NCBI RefSeq assembly: GCF_001194135.2
Contig: NC_068993.1
Coordinates: forward strand, 24,578,376 to 24,623,538
Origin: Octopus bimaculoides
Taxonomy: Eukaryota
DNA length: 45,163 nt
Direction of reading: 5' to 3'
Positions 1-11,830 of the stretch are shown piece by piece. How positions within the stretch are numbered: position 1 is the stretch's first letter; each line of letters starts with the position of its first letter. Under the pieces are notes generated by a model. That model was not told the origin of the DNA. It saw nothing but the letters and a program-made list of their open reading frames with translations, and ran no database searches. The translations under genes were made by a program, and so were the position numbers.

Positions 1-310
1 GTTTACGATCGCTGTGCGGGTAGTGGAGGTATCAAGTTAAAATACATCATTATATTTGGAAAAATAGAGATAAATTTCAATGAGTATTACTTACTCGGAT
101 ATAGTCCAACCCTTTGTCAGCTATTTTTTGTACATGGTGTTTGGGTTTGGAGATGATCTGAATGTTGATATAACACGTGTGTTTACGATCGCTGTTCGGG
201 TAGTGGAGGTATCAAGTTAAAATACATCATTATATTTGGAAAAATAGGAATAAATTTCAATGAGTATTACTTACTCGGGTATAGTCCAACCTTTTGTCAG
301 CTATTTTTTG
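1..310. repeat. 180-bp-period tandem repeat (one full unit plus a 130-bp partial unit; array probably continues left of the window)
   Basis: 1-130 is repeated at 181-310 with only a few substitutions (gtttacgatcgctgt...tgtcagctattttttg). Confidence 0.9.
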
Positions 311-428
311 GCTCCATGCGATGTCTTTATTTCCGATGTTTTTGGATAGGTTTCGGAGCAGTGATTTATCGTACTCACATGTTAAACTTCCCCGGTGTTC
401 TCTTATTATTATTATTATTATTATTATT

Positions 429-933
429 TTCTGTGCACAGCTTCTATCGCTGAAGATGTACTACGATGTCAGTTGTTCACTACCAGTGAACTAAGGTAAC
501 ACGTCTTATTTTTTGAGCACCTTCCGGAGTATTCGAGCGGTTCCAAGCAGTGCTGTTTTCTGCAAGTTCTCCACCCTTATTGCAGCTCCTATTTGTTCTA
601 TGTACTTCTCAAAATTTTTATTCACTATTCCCAGGGCTCTCACTACCACCTTTTTCATCGACCACAACTGCTTAACTTCCCAAGCTAACCAGTCGACTTC
701 CCTTTCTTCCTTATCGCATACCTTGTTGTCCGCTGGGTATGTTATATCTATGATCCAGCATAGTTTGCTTTCTTTCTCAATTGAGACGATGTCTAGCTTC
801 CTAGTCTCTATCTCATAGTCGCACTGAATCATAAACTCTTACAGGATCTTTGCATTATCATTTTCGATGATGCCTTCGGGTTTGTAGTCGTACCAATTTT
901 TGCTCTGTCAAGTCCATACTTGTTGCAAAGTGC
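429..933 (-). mobile_element. 5'-truncated R4/Dong-clade non-LTR retrotransposon: restriction-like endonuclease C-terminus plus 3' UTR
   Basis: Minus strand reads CNKYGLDRAK/WYDYKPEGIIENDNAKIL*EFMIQCDYEIETRKLDIVSIEK...CWIIDITYPADNKV...LQKTALLGTARILRKVLKK*. This matches the R4/Dong RLE pattern (WDFxIQxD..RPDI..IIDxxxPxD...KxALLGTAxILRxVL). It has one frameshift and one stop, and is flanked by (TTA)n at 403-428 and 934-978. Confidence 0.88.
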
Positions 934-979
<46 letters not shown>

Positions 980-1324
980 GTTCAGTAGTTTTATTTTTAT
1001 AACGTGCTTTCACTTCACTACTGAGCGCAGCTCTGNNNNNNNNNNNNNNNNNNNNNNNNNNNNNNNNNNNNNNNNNNNNNNNNNNNNNNNNNNNNNNNNN
1101 NNNNNNNNNNNNNNNNNNNNNNNNNNNNNNNNNNNNNNNNNNNNNNNNNNNNNNNNNNNNNNNNNNNNNNNNNNNNNNNNNNNNNNNNNNNNNNNNNNNN
1201 NNNNNNNNNNNNNNNNNNNNNNNNNNNNNNNNNNNNNNNNNNNNNNNNNNNNNNNNNNNNNNNNNNNNNNNNNNNNNNNNNNNNNNNNNNNNNNNNNNNN
1301 NNNNNNNNNNNNNNNNNNTATCAA

Positions 1325-1374
<50 letters not shown>

Positions 1375-1379
<5 letters not shown>

Positions 1380-1762
1380 TCTGCCTTAGAGAATGCGGAG
1401 GTATTGTGTTCAGTCGTGTTTGTTTGTTTCTTTGTCCGTGGGCAAGATATCTGAAGAACCACTGGATGGATTCGGATGAAACTTTCGAGAACGTTTGGCC
1501 TCGTGACTAACACGAACTGATCAGATTTTGGGATTGATCCGGTACCGGACAAGGATTCTGCATTATTTTTCCTGCTTTTTAAAAAAATTTTTTTTTTTAC
1601 TTAATTTTTGAGAACGGTCGGGTTCATTTTTAGCATCCTCGTTTGTGAGAGCAGTCGAGTTTATTTCAGATATTCTCATTTTAAAAATCATCTCCGCCTA
1701 ATCGTTGAGAGGACTTTGGTGTTGCCTTGGCGGAGGTTTACGCTCTCTGAGTGCTCTTGTTA
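1375..1762 (+). mobile_element. Non-autonomous Helentron-associated (HINE/DINE-1-like) element
   Basis: 5' hairpin ACCTCTGC..GCGGAGGT (1377-1402), a GTTT microsatellite near the 5' end, 3' sub-terminal inverted repeat CCTTGGCGGAGGT (1725-1737), then a short hairpin GCTCTCTGAGTGC. Sits in a (TTA)n tract. This is the typical HINE layout. Confidence 0.6.
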
Positions 1763-2240
1763 TTATCAATATTATTATTATTACCATTATCATTATATTT
1801 TTTCTGTTTACAATTTTTTAATTTCTAACTTTTTAGTAATGAATATATTTCTTATCTTTAATTGTTCTAATCATATCTACTAGTTACTTTTTAATTATAT
1901 TACTAAAATTCCCTTCCATTTATTAGAAGATCTTATTAATTTATAACAATTTTATTATTGTTTTCTTCCATAATCTTTTAAAATTTTGACTTTGCGTTCC
2001 TATAACGTTGCGTCTAGAATTTAGTATCTAACAAAACCTTTTTTCACTTGAGGCTTAAATTCTGCATTATTTTGAAGGATTTTTGCATTAATGCGGACAT
2101 GTAATTAATTTATTTATTATTAAATATAGTAATATAAACTATTTACTTTTTAAAGTTACAAAGCAATTTGTCGTAATATTAGAATTTTCATATTGTTAAA
2201 TAAAATTTCATCAAACTATTTCTCTGCCGCTTATGACTTG

Positions 2241-2360
<120 letters not shown>

Positions 2361-5300
2361 CAATACCTTAACTCTAAAACAGGTTGATGGGCAAGTCAAA
2401 ATGTCTGAAAAGATATATTGTGATATTTAATCCCTTAACATTTTGTATTCATATTCTATTTATGCTTCCAAGATCCTCCTTTATTTCCGCAGGTTTGTTT
2501 AATTAATTACAAGTAGTATATTGGTTCTTTGTTTGATTGGTTATAGATCACCTATGAATATTTACAGATGTGTCGCATTACAATATAACTATCAGTGCTC
2601 CCTTATAGAAATAAATAAAATCAATATAATTATATCTTCGTTAATAGCTATTTTAAAAAAACAATTACACCATTGTAACTGTCTGACAAAAAAATGCTTT
2701 TTTTGAAGTACAATAATGGGTTGTCTGATCTGTGATTTTTTTGTTGATCAACGATCTATTTTTGTCCTATTTTCATTGAATTAATTTCCTTTACAATAAC
2801 CATGAACTAATTGACAGGAAACAGTACAGGGAGCCGCGGACTGATAATGGCTATAAGTCAATATTATGGTGTTATCAGAAGAAAATTGACTTCAGATTCG
2901 AAATCACCACCCGAAAATGAACGTAGGTCAAACGCTTTCATCTACGTTAGTATCTATAGCAGAAAAGTTTTGTAGGGCAATGTAATGAGAGAATTCAATT
3001 TGCCATCTATTGATTGAGTTGCAAATATCATAAAGTAACATCATACAGGTTAGTGGATATCCGAAACGCCTACACGAAATCACGAGAAATCTATCTACCG
3101 AAAAGGAAGGAATTTAAGAAAATATCAACAAAACACGATGGTACCTCTTATACAGTATTGGAACGTAACAAAAATTAAAAGAGCCATTATCCGCAATGCA
3201 TTTAAATGAAGGGTTTTGTTAATAAACATATTAAACTTCTAATCTGATTATTATAATCTGCTTGAAGTATATATGAAATATTGCCATCAGCTATTGCATA
3301 AAGTTTTGCACAACTACTTCGAATGAATCCCAACAAATAGAAATTGCTTGCATTGCAATCACTAAAACTTTGCTTAATAAGAAGGAGACATGTCATACTT
3401 TACTCTAGCAACGGTTCAGAATGTTTACAATATGTGGTTACAATACGTTGCTGGATGCTTTCGCGTCCAACAACATATTATACCTTGAGAATTAACTTAC
3501 CCACTATCCAAATTAACTCCAGTTCTTTAGAAGTAAACTGAACAGTCAAGAAAATATAACGTTGTATTCGACCTGACTAGTCCCTAATTTGCAATGTCAC
3601 ATTCACACTGAAATTTAGTTTGTTTCTTGTTGCAATAGTGCTTGTTGATACTAAACTTTACATGAATTACTTCTCCATGACGTTGCTGGAGAAACGCTGC
3701 TCATTCTTATCATCCTCGTCATCATCATCAAATATCAGTGTTGACTTCGAGGAAAATTAAATTAGATGTTATGAAATGCATTTTCTCAAGAATGTTGACG
3801 ATGTAAGTAAATTAAAATTCCTATATCAAGAGCAAATTAAATCTGAGTATGGTATACGATTCAGTGTTGCCACCTGTCAGTCCAGTTTGAGATGTATTTA
3901 CTTATCTCACACCAAACATGTATTTCATTGTGGCAGTGTTATGTCGATGCCCCCAGACGATGAAGTAGGCTAGCCCAATATGTAGATATAGAGGGAGAAG
4001 TCTAGACGTCGGGGTAGTTGAGTAGAGGTCATCCGAACGTGCGATATAACAAGCAGAAAAAGTCATACGCAACTCTTCCATTACAGTGATAATAATTTTA
4101 ATGAATTTTACTGAAATCCCATATATATGTGATTTCATATAATAAACATCTTCATCTTCCACTACATTGATTACAACAATCTATTATTTCCAATTTGTAT
4201 GTAAGAAGGTGGAAGACGTATATATTACATTTTATAAAATGTTTCCTATGCAAGTTAAACTATTTTCTTAATGGTGTATATGGAAGTCATATTGGAACAG
4301 ATAGCTCTGATCTATATGACGCATCTGCATACTCCGCAAGAGATTTATCGAATAAATTCCACCAAGGCCTCTTCTCATTTCTCTGAATCACAAAGATTGG
4401 AATTTAATATCACGTGACTACCCTTACCAACCATGAATGTTCACTATGTAGTTTTAAGATTTAAAGTTATTTCTCTTCCAGTCTTATTTAATCCTTTAAG
4501 TCTTAGCTCTTTTAGCTCGTAGCAAACCAATAGAATTTATGTTTCTTGCTTTAAATAAATGTCTGTTTGAAAATAAAAAGGAATTAACAAAATTTAAAAA
4601 TGTATATAAAAATTCTACTAGAAGTTCTTAGCTTTTCTATGGGCGTTCTGAAATTTATAACAACTGCACCATATACAGCATTAGATAAACTGGACGTTAT
4701 AATGGTATAGCCAATGCAGAAAGAGATATTGATTTACAATATATCAGAGTAGCCAGTGCTATATGTTGCTAACCTTGGATAAACCTGAATCAAAATACCT
4801 TCCATTATAAACTACATTCTTTGATATGAGAAATATTCCACCCGATAAACTTGCCACAATGAATTAAGCCAATAGATATAAAGATTCCGAGAAATATAAG
4901 TTATAAAACCGAAGCTAAATTATTGAAGCAGAACCAAAATATATTTTCAGTATATTCTAAAGTAAATAAAAAGTTATGACTTTTAGCTTTCACACAGACA
5001 CTGTGGGTCTATTCGAAGTGAAATTAATTCAACTGGGAATTGAAACGAAATCGCGGTTGTAAATTTCTTAAAGATTAACAACAAAGACAGGACACATGGA
5101 TACTTTGATTTCCAGGAAATATAACCAAAGAATGTCTATTCCATTCACATACATTTGTGAATGATGTTGAAGTTTGAATTATTAACAGTTCTTCACTATT
5201 ATACATTTTAGCAATTCTTGTGTATAATTCAGGTAACGTTTAAGAAGCAACGAATTGATTTTAAAATGTCACTTAGAACATAGCAATATTATAACACGAT

Positions 5301-5634
5301 ATAATAAATATTAAATGCAATTTGCTCTGTAACCTTGATAAAGTTATAAGTCTGCATTTCAAAATACCTGCTGTCGTGCGATTATTTATGAAATGGCAAG
5401 TCTCGTTACTAATATTATATCCATTTTCATATTATTTCAGAAGAAATTGGCTCCATATTTCTGTACATTATCGCTATGATATGAAATTTTCAGTTGAATC
5501 TTTACTGAATAAAATGCCAATATGAGGAACATGTATTTTCACTACACGCACTATTGTGAGTTTTATTTTTCGATAGTTTGCCTTGGAGAAGAACAAAATA
5601 TTTTCTTCGTTACACTGTTTTACGTTTGTGTATA

Positions 5635-6077
5635 GACGCAGGAGTGGCTGTGTGGTAAGTAGCTTGCTTACCAACCACATGATCCCGCGTTCAGTCCCCT
5701 AGGGCAAGTGTCTTCTACTATAGCCTCGAGCTGACCAAAGCCTTGTGAGTTCATTTGGTAGACAGAAACTGGAAGAAGTCCGTCGTATATGTATATATAT
5801 ATATATATGTATGTATGTATGTATCTATGTATCTATGTATGTGTGTGTATGTGTTTGTGTTTCTGTTTGTCCCCCCAGCATCACTTGACGACCGATGCTG
5901 GTATGTTTGCGTTCCCGTAACTTAGCTGTTCGGCCAAAGAGACTGATAGAATAAGTACTAGACTTACAAAGAATAAGCTCTGGGGTCGATTTGCTCGACT
6001 ATAAAGGCGGTGCTCCAGCATGGCCGCAGTCAAATGACTGAAACAAGTAAAGGAGTAAAAGAGTAAAAGAGTAAAAG
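5635..6077 (+). mobile_element. Full-length tRNA-derived SINE, family 1 (octopus type)
   Basis: A-box-like GGAGTGGCTGTGTGGTAAG, B-box-like GTTCAGTCCC, internal TA/TG microsatellite, 3' half ending GAAACAAGTAAA plus a (GAGTAAAA)n tail. Homologous copies at 24138, 29654 and 40001. Confidence 0.88.
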
Positions 6078-6404
6078 TGACTGCTTTTAAATTGTAGGTG
6101 GATGGAAAGCACGCTCCTTTCTTTGAGTAGTGATTCGATACAATATGCAGTTCAACTAGTAATGCAAAGAGCATGAATAGTTTCAGTTTTCTTTCGTTAT
6201 ATATATATANNNNNNNNNNNNNNNNNNNNNNNNNNNNNNNNNNNNNNNNNNNNNNNNNNNNNNNNNNNNNNNNNNNNNNNNNNNNNNNNNNNNNNNNNNN
6301 NNNNNNNNNNNNNNNNNNNNNNNNNNATATATATTTCATCTTTCTTGTTTTAAATTATTTTATTATTATGCAAAGTATTTATTTTCTTTTTCGAAGTGTT
6401 TGTT

Positions 6405-6900
6405 TGGACTTAGCGCCAAAATAAACAGAAGTAAAGACAGGCTGTTATCTTAAGATATTCCCTTTGAAATATTTAGATCAGAGACCATTATATCACATTC
6501 AGTCACAAGTTTGAGGATTGTATAGCAGGTCTTTGTAAATCTTTCAATACCATTAACTAAGGTAGCAGGTACCTTTACAAACCGTAATCACTTCAATATA
6601 TAAGAGTAGGGAACATAATCAGATCGCATTTTTGTGCTCAAGCCATACTATTACAATGTTTCTACGGTGTTTATGTACTCCAGATAGCTGAACTTTATCT
6701 ATTAAAAGTTGTTGAGTACTTCACCTATTCTTTTCTCCCTAAGTCGTTGCTCGTCGATGGCAATAGGTTATACTTGCAAAATCTTGGAGGAAATCCTTCA
6801 AACAGCTCGTAGTATTCTGAATTTCCTTCATTCTTGTAAGGTCGAACATGCTTTTTGGTTCATGGTTTATTGTGACTACATATATTCATAATTTGTGATT
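6405..6900 (-). mobile_element. Degenerate R4/Dong-type LINE reverse-transcriptase fragment
   Basis: Minus strand reads VWLEHKNAI*LCS (about WxDxxKAFDSV) and NISKGIS*DNSLSLLLFILALSP (about IxxGIFQGDSLSPLLFxxALxP). Many stops and frameshifts. Confidence 0.7.
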
Positions 6901-7864
6901 GTCTTCATCGGTAATTTCATTATGCTAGGATGACACTTAAAATATTTCTAGCTTTGGGAGATTCGGTAAAATGTGTGTGTGCATGTGTGTGTGTGTTTGC
7001 GTGCGTGTATGTGCATGTGTATGTATGTATGTATGTATGTATGTATGTATGTATGTGAATGTGTATGTGTGTGTATGTATGCATGTATGTATGTATACTG
7101 TAAGTGTGCACATTTACACGTCTATTTATATATTAGTACACATATACACATAGGTACCCAATCCGTACAAATTGCAGATCCAACTCTGGAATCATTCGCA
7201 GTGAAGCTTATGAATAAAAGGAGAACAGAAGCGGGATTCAAAATTCACTAAATGTAACTAGGTTGCAAGGAAACACCTACATTGCTAGAAATAAGAGCTA
7301 AAGCACATCAATGAAAACACATATTAATAGGGACCATAATTGACCGAAAAATGACGATCGAGAATTCTCAATACTGATGTCAGTAGATCTGTCGCCTGTA
7401 CTGCTCAAAGCATTGTGCCGCAAGGTTTCATCGCTTGGTTCGATCTGCTACTATTTTTTCACAACCATTTCTTATAACGTTTACTAACGTCAGATCATTT
7501 TGAAATATCCACCATCAAGTGATCTTCTTCGGCCTGTCCTTTACTACCAACTGACAGGTAGTACACAAATCATGGCTGTTTTCCAGTGCCGTTGACTGGT
7601 TAGACCAGTCGTTCTGAACAGCGTTCCATATGGGCCTTAGAGTGGAGGTCATATAAGATTTTGTTGTTAAAGTTTATGTGTAATAAATTTGTTATATTTC
7701 TTCATTATACAAAATATTTTAAGAATTTTTTTATACAATTCCTAATATTATCTAATTACAAAAATATAATAGGAATTTTGAAACATCAATTGGCTAGAAG
7801 GGTCAATCTGAGAAAAAGAAGATTCAAAGCAGTTCATAGGTAAAAAGAGTCAAACACCAGGTTA

Positions 7865-8400
7865 GATGGAGAATTTGACTAGCCAGTCGGAATCAGCGTT
7901 CTCCTACAATCTCTTGCGATGGTTGTGGCCTCTGTCTTTTCAGAATTTCCTCGTTTGTGCTTCAGTCCTGCAAGATGACGTAGAGTATCTTTCTGGGGCA
8001 CTTTCGATGGAATACATTTAGCTTTGTATCCGTCCTTACTGTATTTTTCCAAGTCACGTTGGTATAAATTGCTGTAGACAGGATGATGAAGTTATACAGA
8101 TGAAAATTCATATCAGTACTCATGTTTCGAGGTCACTCAGATGAAATGCATACTCCCCTTCACCAGCATTGCTTACAACACTGCCCAGATACATGAACTG
8201 GTCCCATTCTTCTATTTTGTGCTGCTGGACCTTGATATCTACTTCTTAGTCTATGGTATTTCCCAAATACATCACTTCGTATTCATTGTGCAGATACCTA
8301 ATCTGATCTTCGCATTTTTTGCAGACTTCTCAGCAATTTCTGAGTCACTTGAGAACATGCAATGTTACTACCAGCTAGCTGTACATCACATTTATTTCCA
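7865..8400 (-). mobile_element. Degenerate RTE-clade LINE ORF2 fragment (end of RT plus downstream region)
   Basis: Minus strand reads KIEEWDQFMYLGSVVSNAG, LYNFIILSTAIYTNVTWK and NVFHRKCPRKILYVILQD*STNEEILKR...EIVGERRFRLA, matching RTE motifs FxYLGS, LYxxETW and FHxxCLRxILxIxWxDxxxNEEVL. Confidence 0.78.
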
Positions 8401-9334
8401 CTAATTACTATGGAGGTCAGTGGTGCACCTTACATCCAACTATGCTTAGGAGGGTGTCTGTATTCAAGAGAAAGGGCCAAAAGAAGTATATACACACTGC
8501 TCTACTTTAAGTTTATTCTTTAATGTGGGATACTTCCTCGAGCTGAAGACTCGGTATTTAATTTAACAACAAATATAATATCTATAAACACAATACCTAT
8601 TCCTATCATCTCCACCACGTCAATAACTCTAGCATTTACTGCACCATCATTATATACATAAAGACGTCCATTCTTTTGCCGTTACATCGTTCATTCAAAT
8701 CTTCCTTTAAGTCCCCATTATTATTTTTACTCAGCTGTCAATGCTGACTTCATCCATTGACATACGTGTATAATCGATGTCAGAATAAAACAGTAAGTTG
8801 CCACCTTAAAACTATAATTCACAAATAGCTGACAGTTACTTGCTTCATAAAATCATAGCCTTCCTATTTGCCAAAGGTGAAAATATTTAACACTCAGCTA
8901 TGTTACTAACTTCTCTAAAACATGGGATAAAATGGTACATCATAGTAATTTGCGTCAACAATATAAAACTGAAGGCCGTTTCTTTGATTCACTTTCTTAT
9001 ATTCTGTAATTCCTATAGGGTTAGGTATGTAATAAGAAGCGACGATAATGCAACTAATATTTTCAGTTCTGTTACTTCTACTCCCGAGTCGACTTACACG
9101 CTGGAACATAAATGAATGAGTTGAAAGTGGTTTGTTTAAAAGCCAGTGTATTGATGACAATAATCTATAGTAATTCTACTATTCACAGTATTGTACTTGC
9201 TGAGCTATTAAGCTGTAAGAATGGCACTTTATGGAATTGTTTATATAAAATATTTCTGTTGGCCCGTCACAAGATTTACTAGGGATGGATTGTCATATAA
9301 CATGCAAACACAGGAGTAATTGTACACTCAGAAG

Positions 9335-9410
<76 letters not shown>
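9335..9410. repeat. (AGAT)n microsatellite
   Basis: Direct reading. Confidence 0.97.
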
Positions 9411-9412
<2 letters not shown>

Positions 9413-10597
9413 AAGAAGGATGAGTGAGAAAGCTATTAATAAAGAGAGTAAATGGTTGAGAGATTAAGCATTGGTAGAGGCGAGTGCAACTTAAGAAACA
9501 AAAAGCTAGAGGGAGCGGGGAATTGATTGAAGAAGAGGGGGAATGAAGGGTGAAGTAGGAGAAAGCAGTAAATAAACAAGGAGACGAAAAGGTAGTTAAG
9601 GGGAGGTTACGATAAGTGAAGGAGAGTTTTGAGAGGTAGGTTTAGAGAAGTGCAACTAAGAATAACAGAAAACAAAACTAACGAAAAATTATCAAGACAT
9701 ATCTTATTTTAATCGGAATAATGGATTTTGGCTTTTAGAAGGAAAGAAATTTGAATGATTTTTGTGCTTTTGTTTTATTTATTGAAGTTGCTATAACTGA
9801 TGTTCCTAATATCGTCGTCGTCGTCGTCGTCGTCGTTGTTACTGTTGTTGTTGTTTTGGTTAAAGCTATTTTATTCCTTTTGTTTCCGAGAAGGTTGGAT
9901 ATAATTTTCTTTTATGCATTATCTTGCCATTTCTTTGGGTACGGTATTCACATGTTGGAATGAATCATGAGAAATCAACAAAATAGCAAAGACAACATAC
10001 TAATGCATACATATAACCATGGCTATGCGCACATTGAAAAACGCGTTCACACGCACACTCACCCACACATGGGTATACACACCACCACCACCACCACTAC
10101 CACCACACTGGACACGGTGGTTCTACATATTATGTTTATATTCGGGTGAGTATAAGTGTTGTGTGTGTCTATTTGTGTAATTGTGTTTTTGCGTATGCCG
10201 AAATGAAAATACTGAAGTCGCCTATGTGTATGTGTACGTAACGTTCTGTATTTATTTTTAAAGAATTTGCTGAAGGAGAATGAATGAACGAATAACAAGT
10301 ACAACAATTAAACAAGGTTTGTTTCTATTTTAGGCAGACGGTCAACAATTTTTAGCACTTGATTGATATCTTATTTTATTGACCTTTCGGTCAATAGAAT
10401 AAAATAAAGGAGTAAAGACATGGTTGACGTTGGTGTTTTGAATTCGGAACGTAGAGAGCTAGAATAAACACTGCTGCTGCTACTTCAATGCAGTGTCAAA
10501 ATTTTAGGGCGTTTTTTTTTTTATTTGTTGTTTTTTTGTGGATACTATTAATTCTGAGAGCGAGCCATAATAAGCATCTACTTCATTTTTCAGTGGT

Positions 10598-10682
10598 GAA
10601 GAAGAAGAAGAAGAAGAAGAAGAAGAAGAAGAAGAAGAAGAAGAAGAAGAAGAAGAAGAAGAAGAAGAAGAAGAAGAAGAAG

Positions 10683-10734
<52 letters not shown>

Positions 10735-10768
10735 GCAGCAGCAGCAGCAGCTGCAGCAACAACAACAA
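10598..10768. repeat. Compound triplet repeat (GAA)n-(CAA)n-(CAG)n
   Basis: Direct reading; produces the poly-K/N/S, poly-L/F and poly-V ORFs. Confidence 0.95.
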
Positions 10769-10789
10769 TATAAACAGTAATACAGAAGA

Positions 10790-10958
10790 AGGATTTAGGC
10801 ACAAGGTTAGCAGACTTGAGGACAGGTAGAGAACCGATACCATCGTTCCCTACTAGTTGACTGGTTTTATGGACTCCGAAAGGATGAAAGGTAAAATTGA
10901 CCACGGTAGCAATTGAACTCAGTACAAATCATATTGGCCGACGCTCTAACAATTGTAC
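10790..10958 (-). mobile_element. Degenerate SINE family 2 copy
   Basis: Contains ccgaaaggatgaaaggtaaaattgacc...ttgaactcag, the reverse complement of the family 2 body seen at 22796 and 31241. Confidence 0.65.
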
Positions 10959-10970
10959 CGTGTAATATTC

Positions 10971-11143
10971 CTTTCTATAATAGGTCTGAAACTTTACGGG
11001 AGAGGACTAGTCGATTACATCAACCTCGGTGCTTGACGGGTACTCCTTTTATTGACCCCGGCGGAATTTGAACTCAGAACATAAAGATGGATGAAATGTT
11101 GCTAAGCATTTTGCCAGGCGTGCTAACGATTATGCCAGCTCGC
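10971..11143 (-). mobile_element. SINE family 2 copy with internal deletion
   Basis: tagtcgattacatcaacc...ttgaccccg|gcggaatttgaactcagaac...gctaagcattttgccaggcgtgctaacg aligns to other copies but lacks the ~26-nt aaaggatgaaaggcaaagtcgacctc segment. Confidence 0.8.
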
Positions 11144-11159
11144 AATCTTTGTGTCGTGT

Positions 11160-11235
11160 AATATTACAATAGCAGTAATTGTAATACATATAAGAGGAAG
11201 AACTACATTAACAACTACTATTACTACTGCTGATG

Positions 11236-11287
<52 letters not shown>

Positions 11288-11740
11288 CAGCAACAGCAGA
11301 AGTACTATTACTACTACTGCTAGCAATCAAAACAAGAACAATGGCAGCAACTTTGGCTGAAGTAGTAAGAGTGAAACAATCTTTGTTAACGCCAATAATG
11401 CTACCATCAGCAAATGGCAAGGACAATTCTACTGCTAACAATAATGCCAACAACAAGAGACAGGCGAAATTAATCAGTTCTAGCAAGAAGAATAAACGGC
11501 AGCAAATATAAGACCACCTTCAGCTCCATTTCCAATAACACCAGAAGAACCAAGACAGCAACATGAACAACAGCGTATATAATTTCTATGTAATATATCT
11601 GAAAACCCCTAAAATTTCAGTGAGAAGCCATCAATATTTTTCTTGTATTTTGTGTTTTTATGTTATTGTTGCTTACATTATAACTGCTCTTGTTATTGTT
11701 GTTGATCATGTTATTGCTGTTTTTATTATTATTATTATTA

Positions 11741-11781
<41 letters not shown>

Positions 11782-11830
11782 ATCATTATTATTATTATTA
11801 TTGTTATTGTTATTATTATTATTATTATTG
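11160..11830. repeat. Low-complexity triplet region including (TAG)n at about 11236-11288 and (ATT)n at about 11725-11828
   Basis: Direct reading. Confidence 0.9.

Noticed and set aside
5641-5700. tRNA genes at SINE heads (also 22796, 24138, 29654)
   Set aside because: A/B-box-like motifs only; no cloverleaf, and they continue into SINE bodies.
7400-7650. Possible Tc1 N-terminal fragment (GRPKKIT on the minus strand)
   Set aside because: Single short motif with no TIR or further similarity.
8735-8800. Plus-strand exon-like segment with good acceptor and GTAAGT donor
   Set aside because: Stops in all three frames and no link to a promoter.
9410-9700. Purine-rich tracts (also 12000-12420) as coding or regulatory elements
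   Set aside because: Low-complexity strand skew with no open frame or motif.
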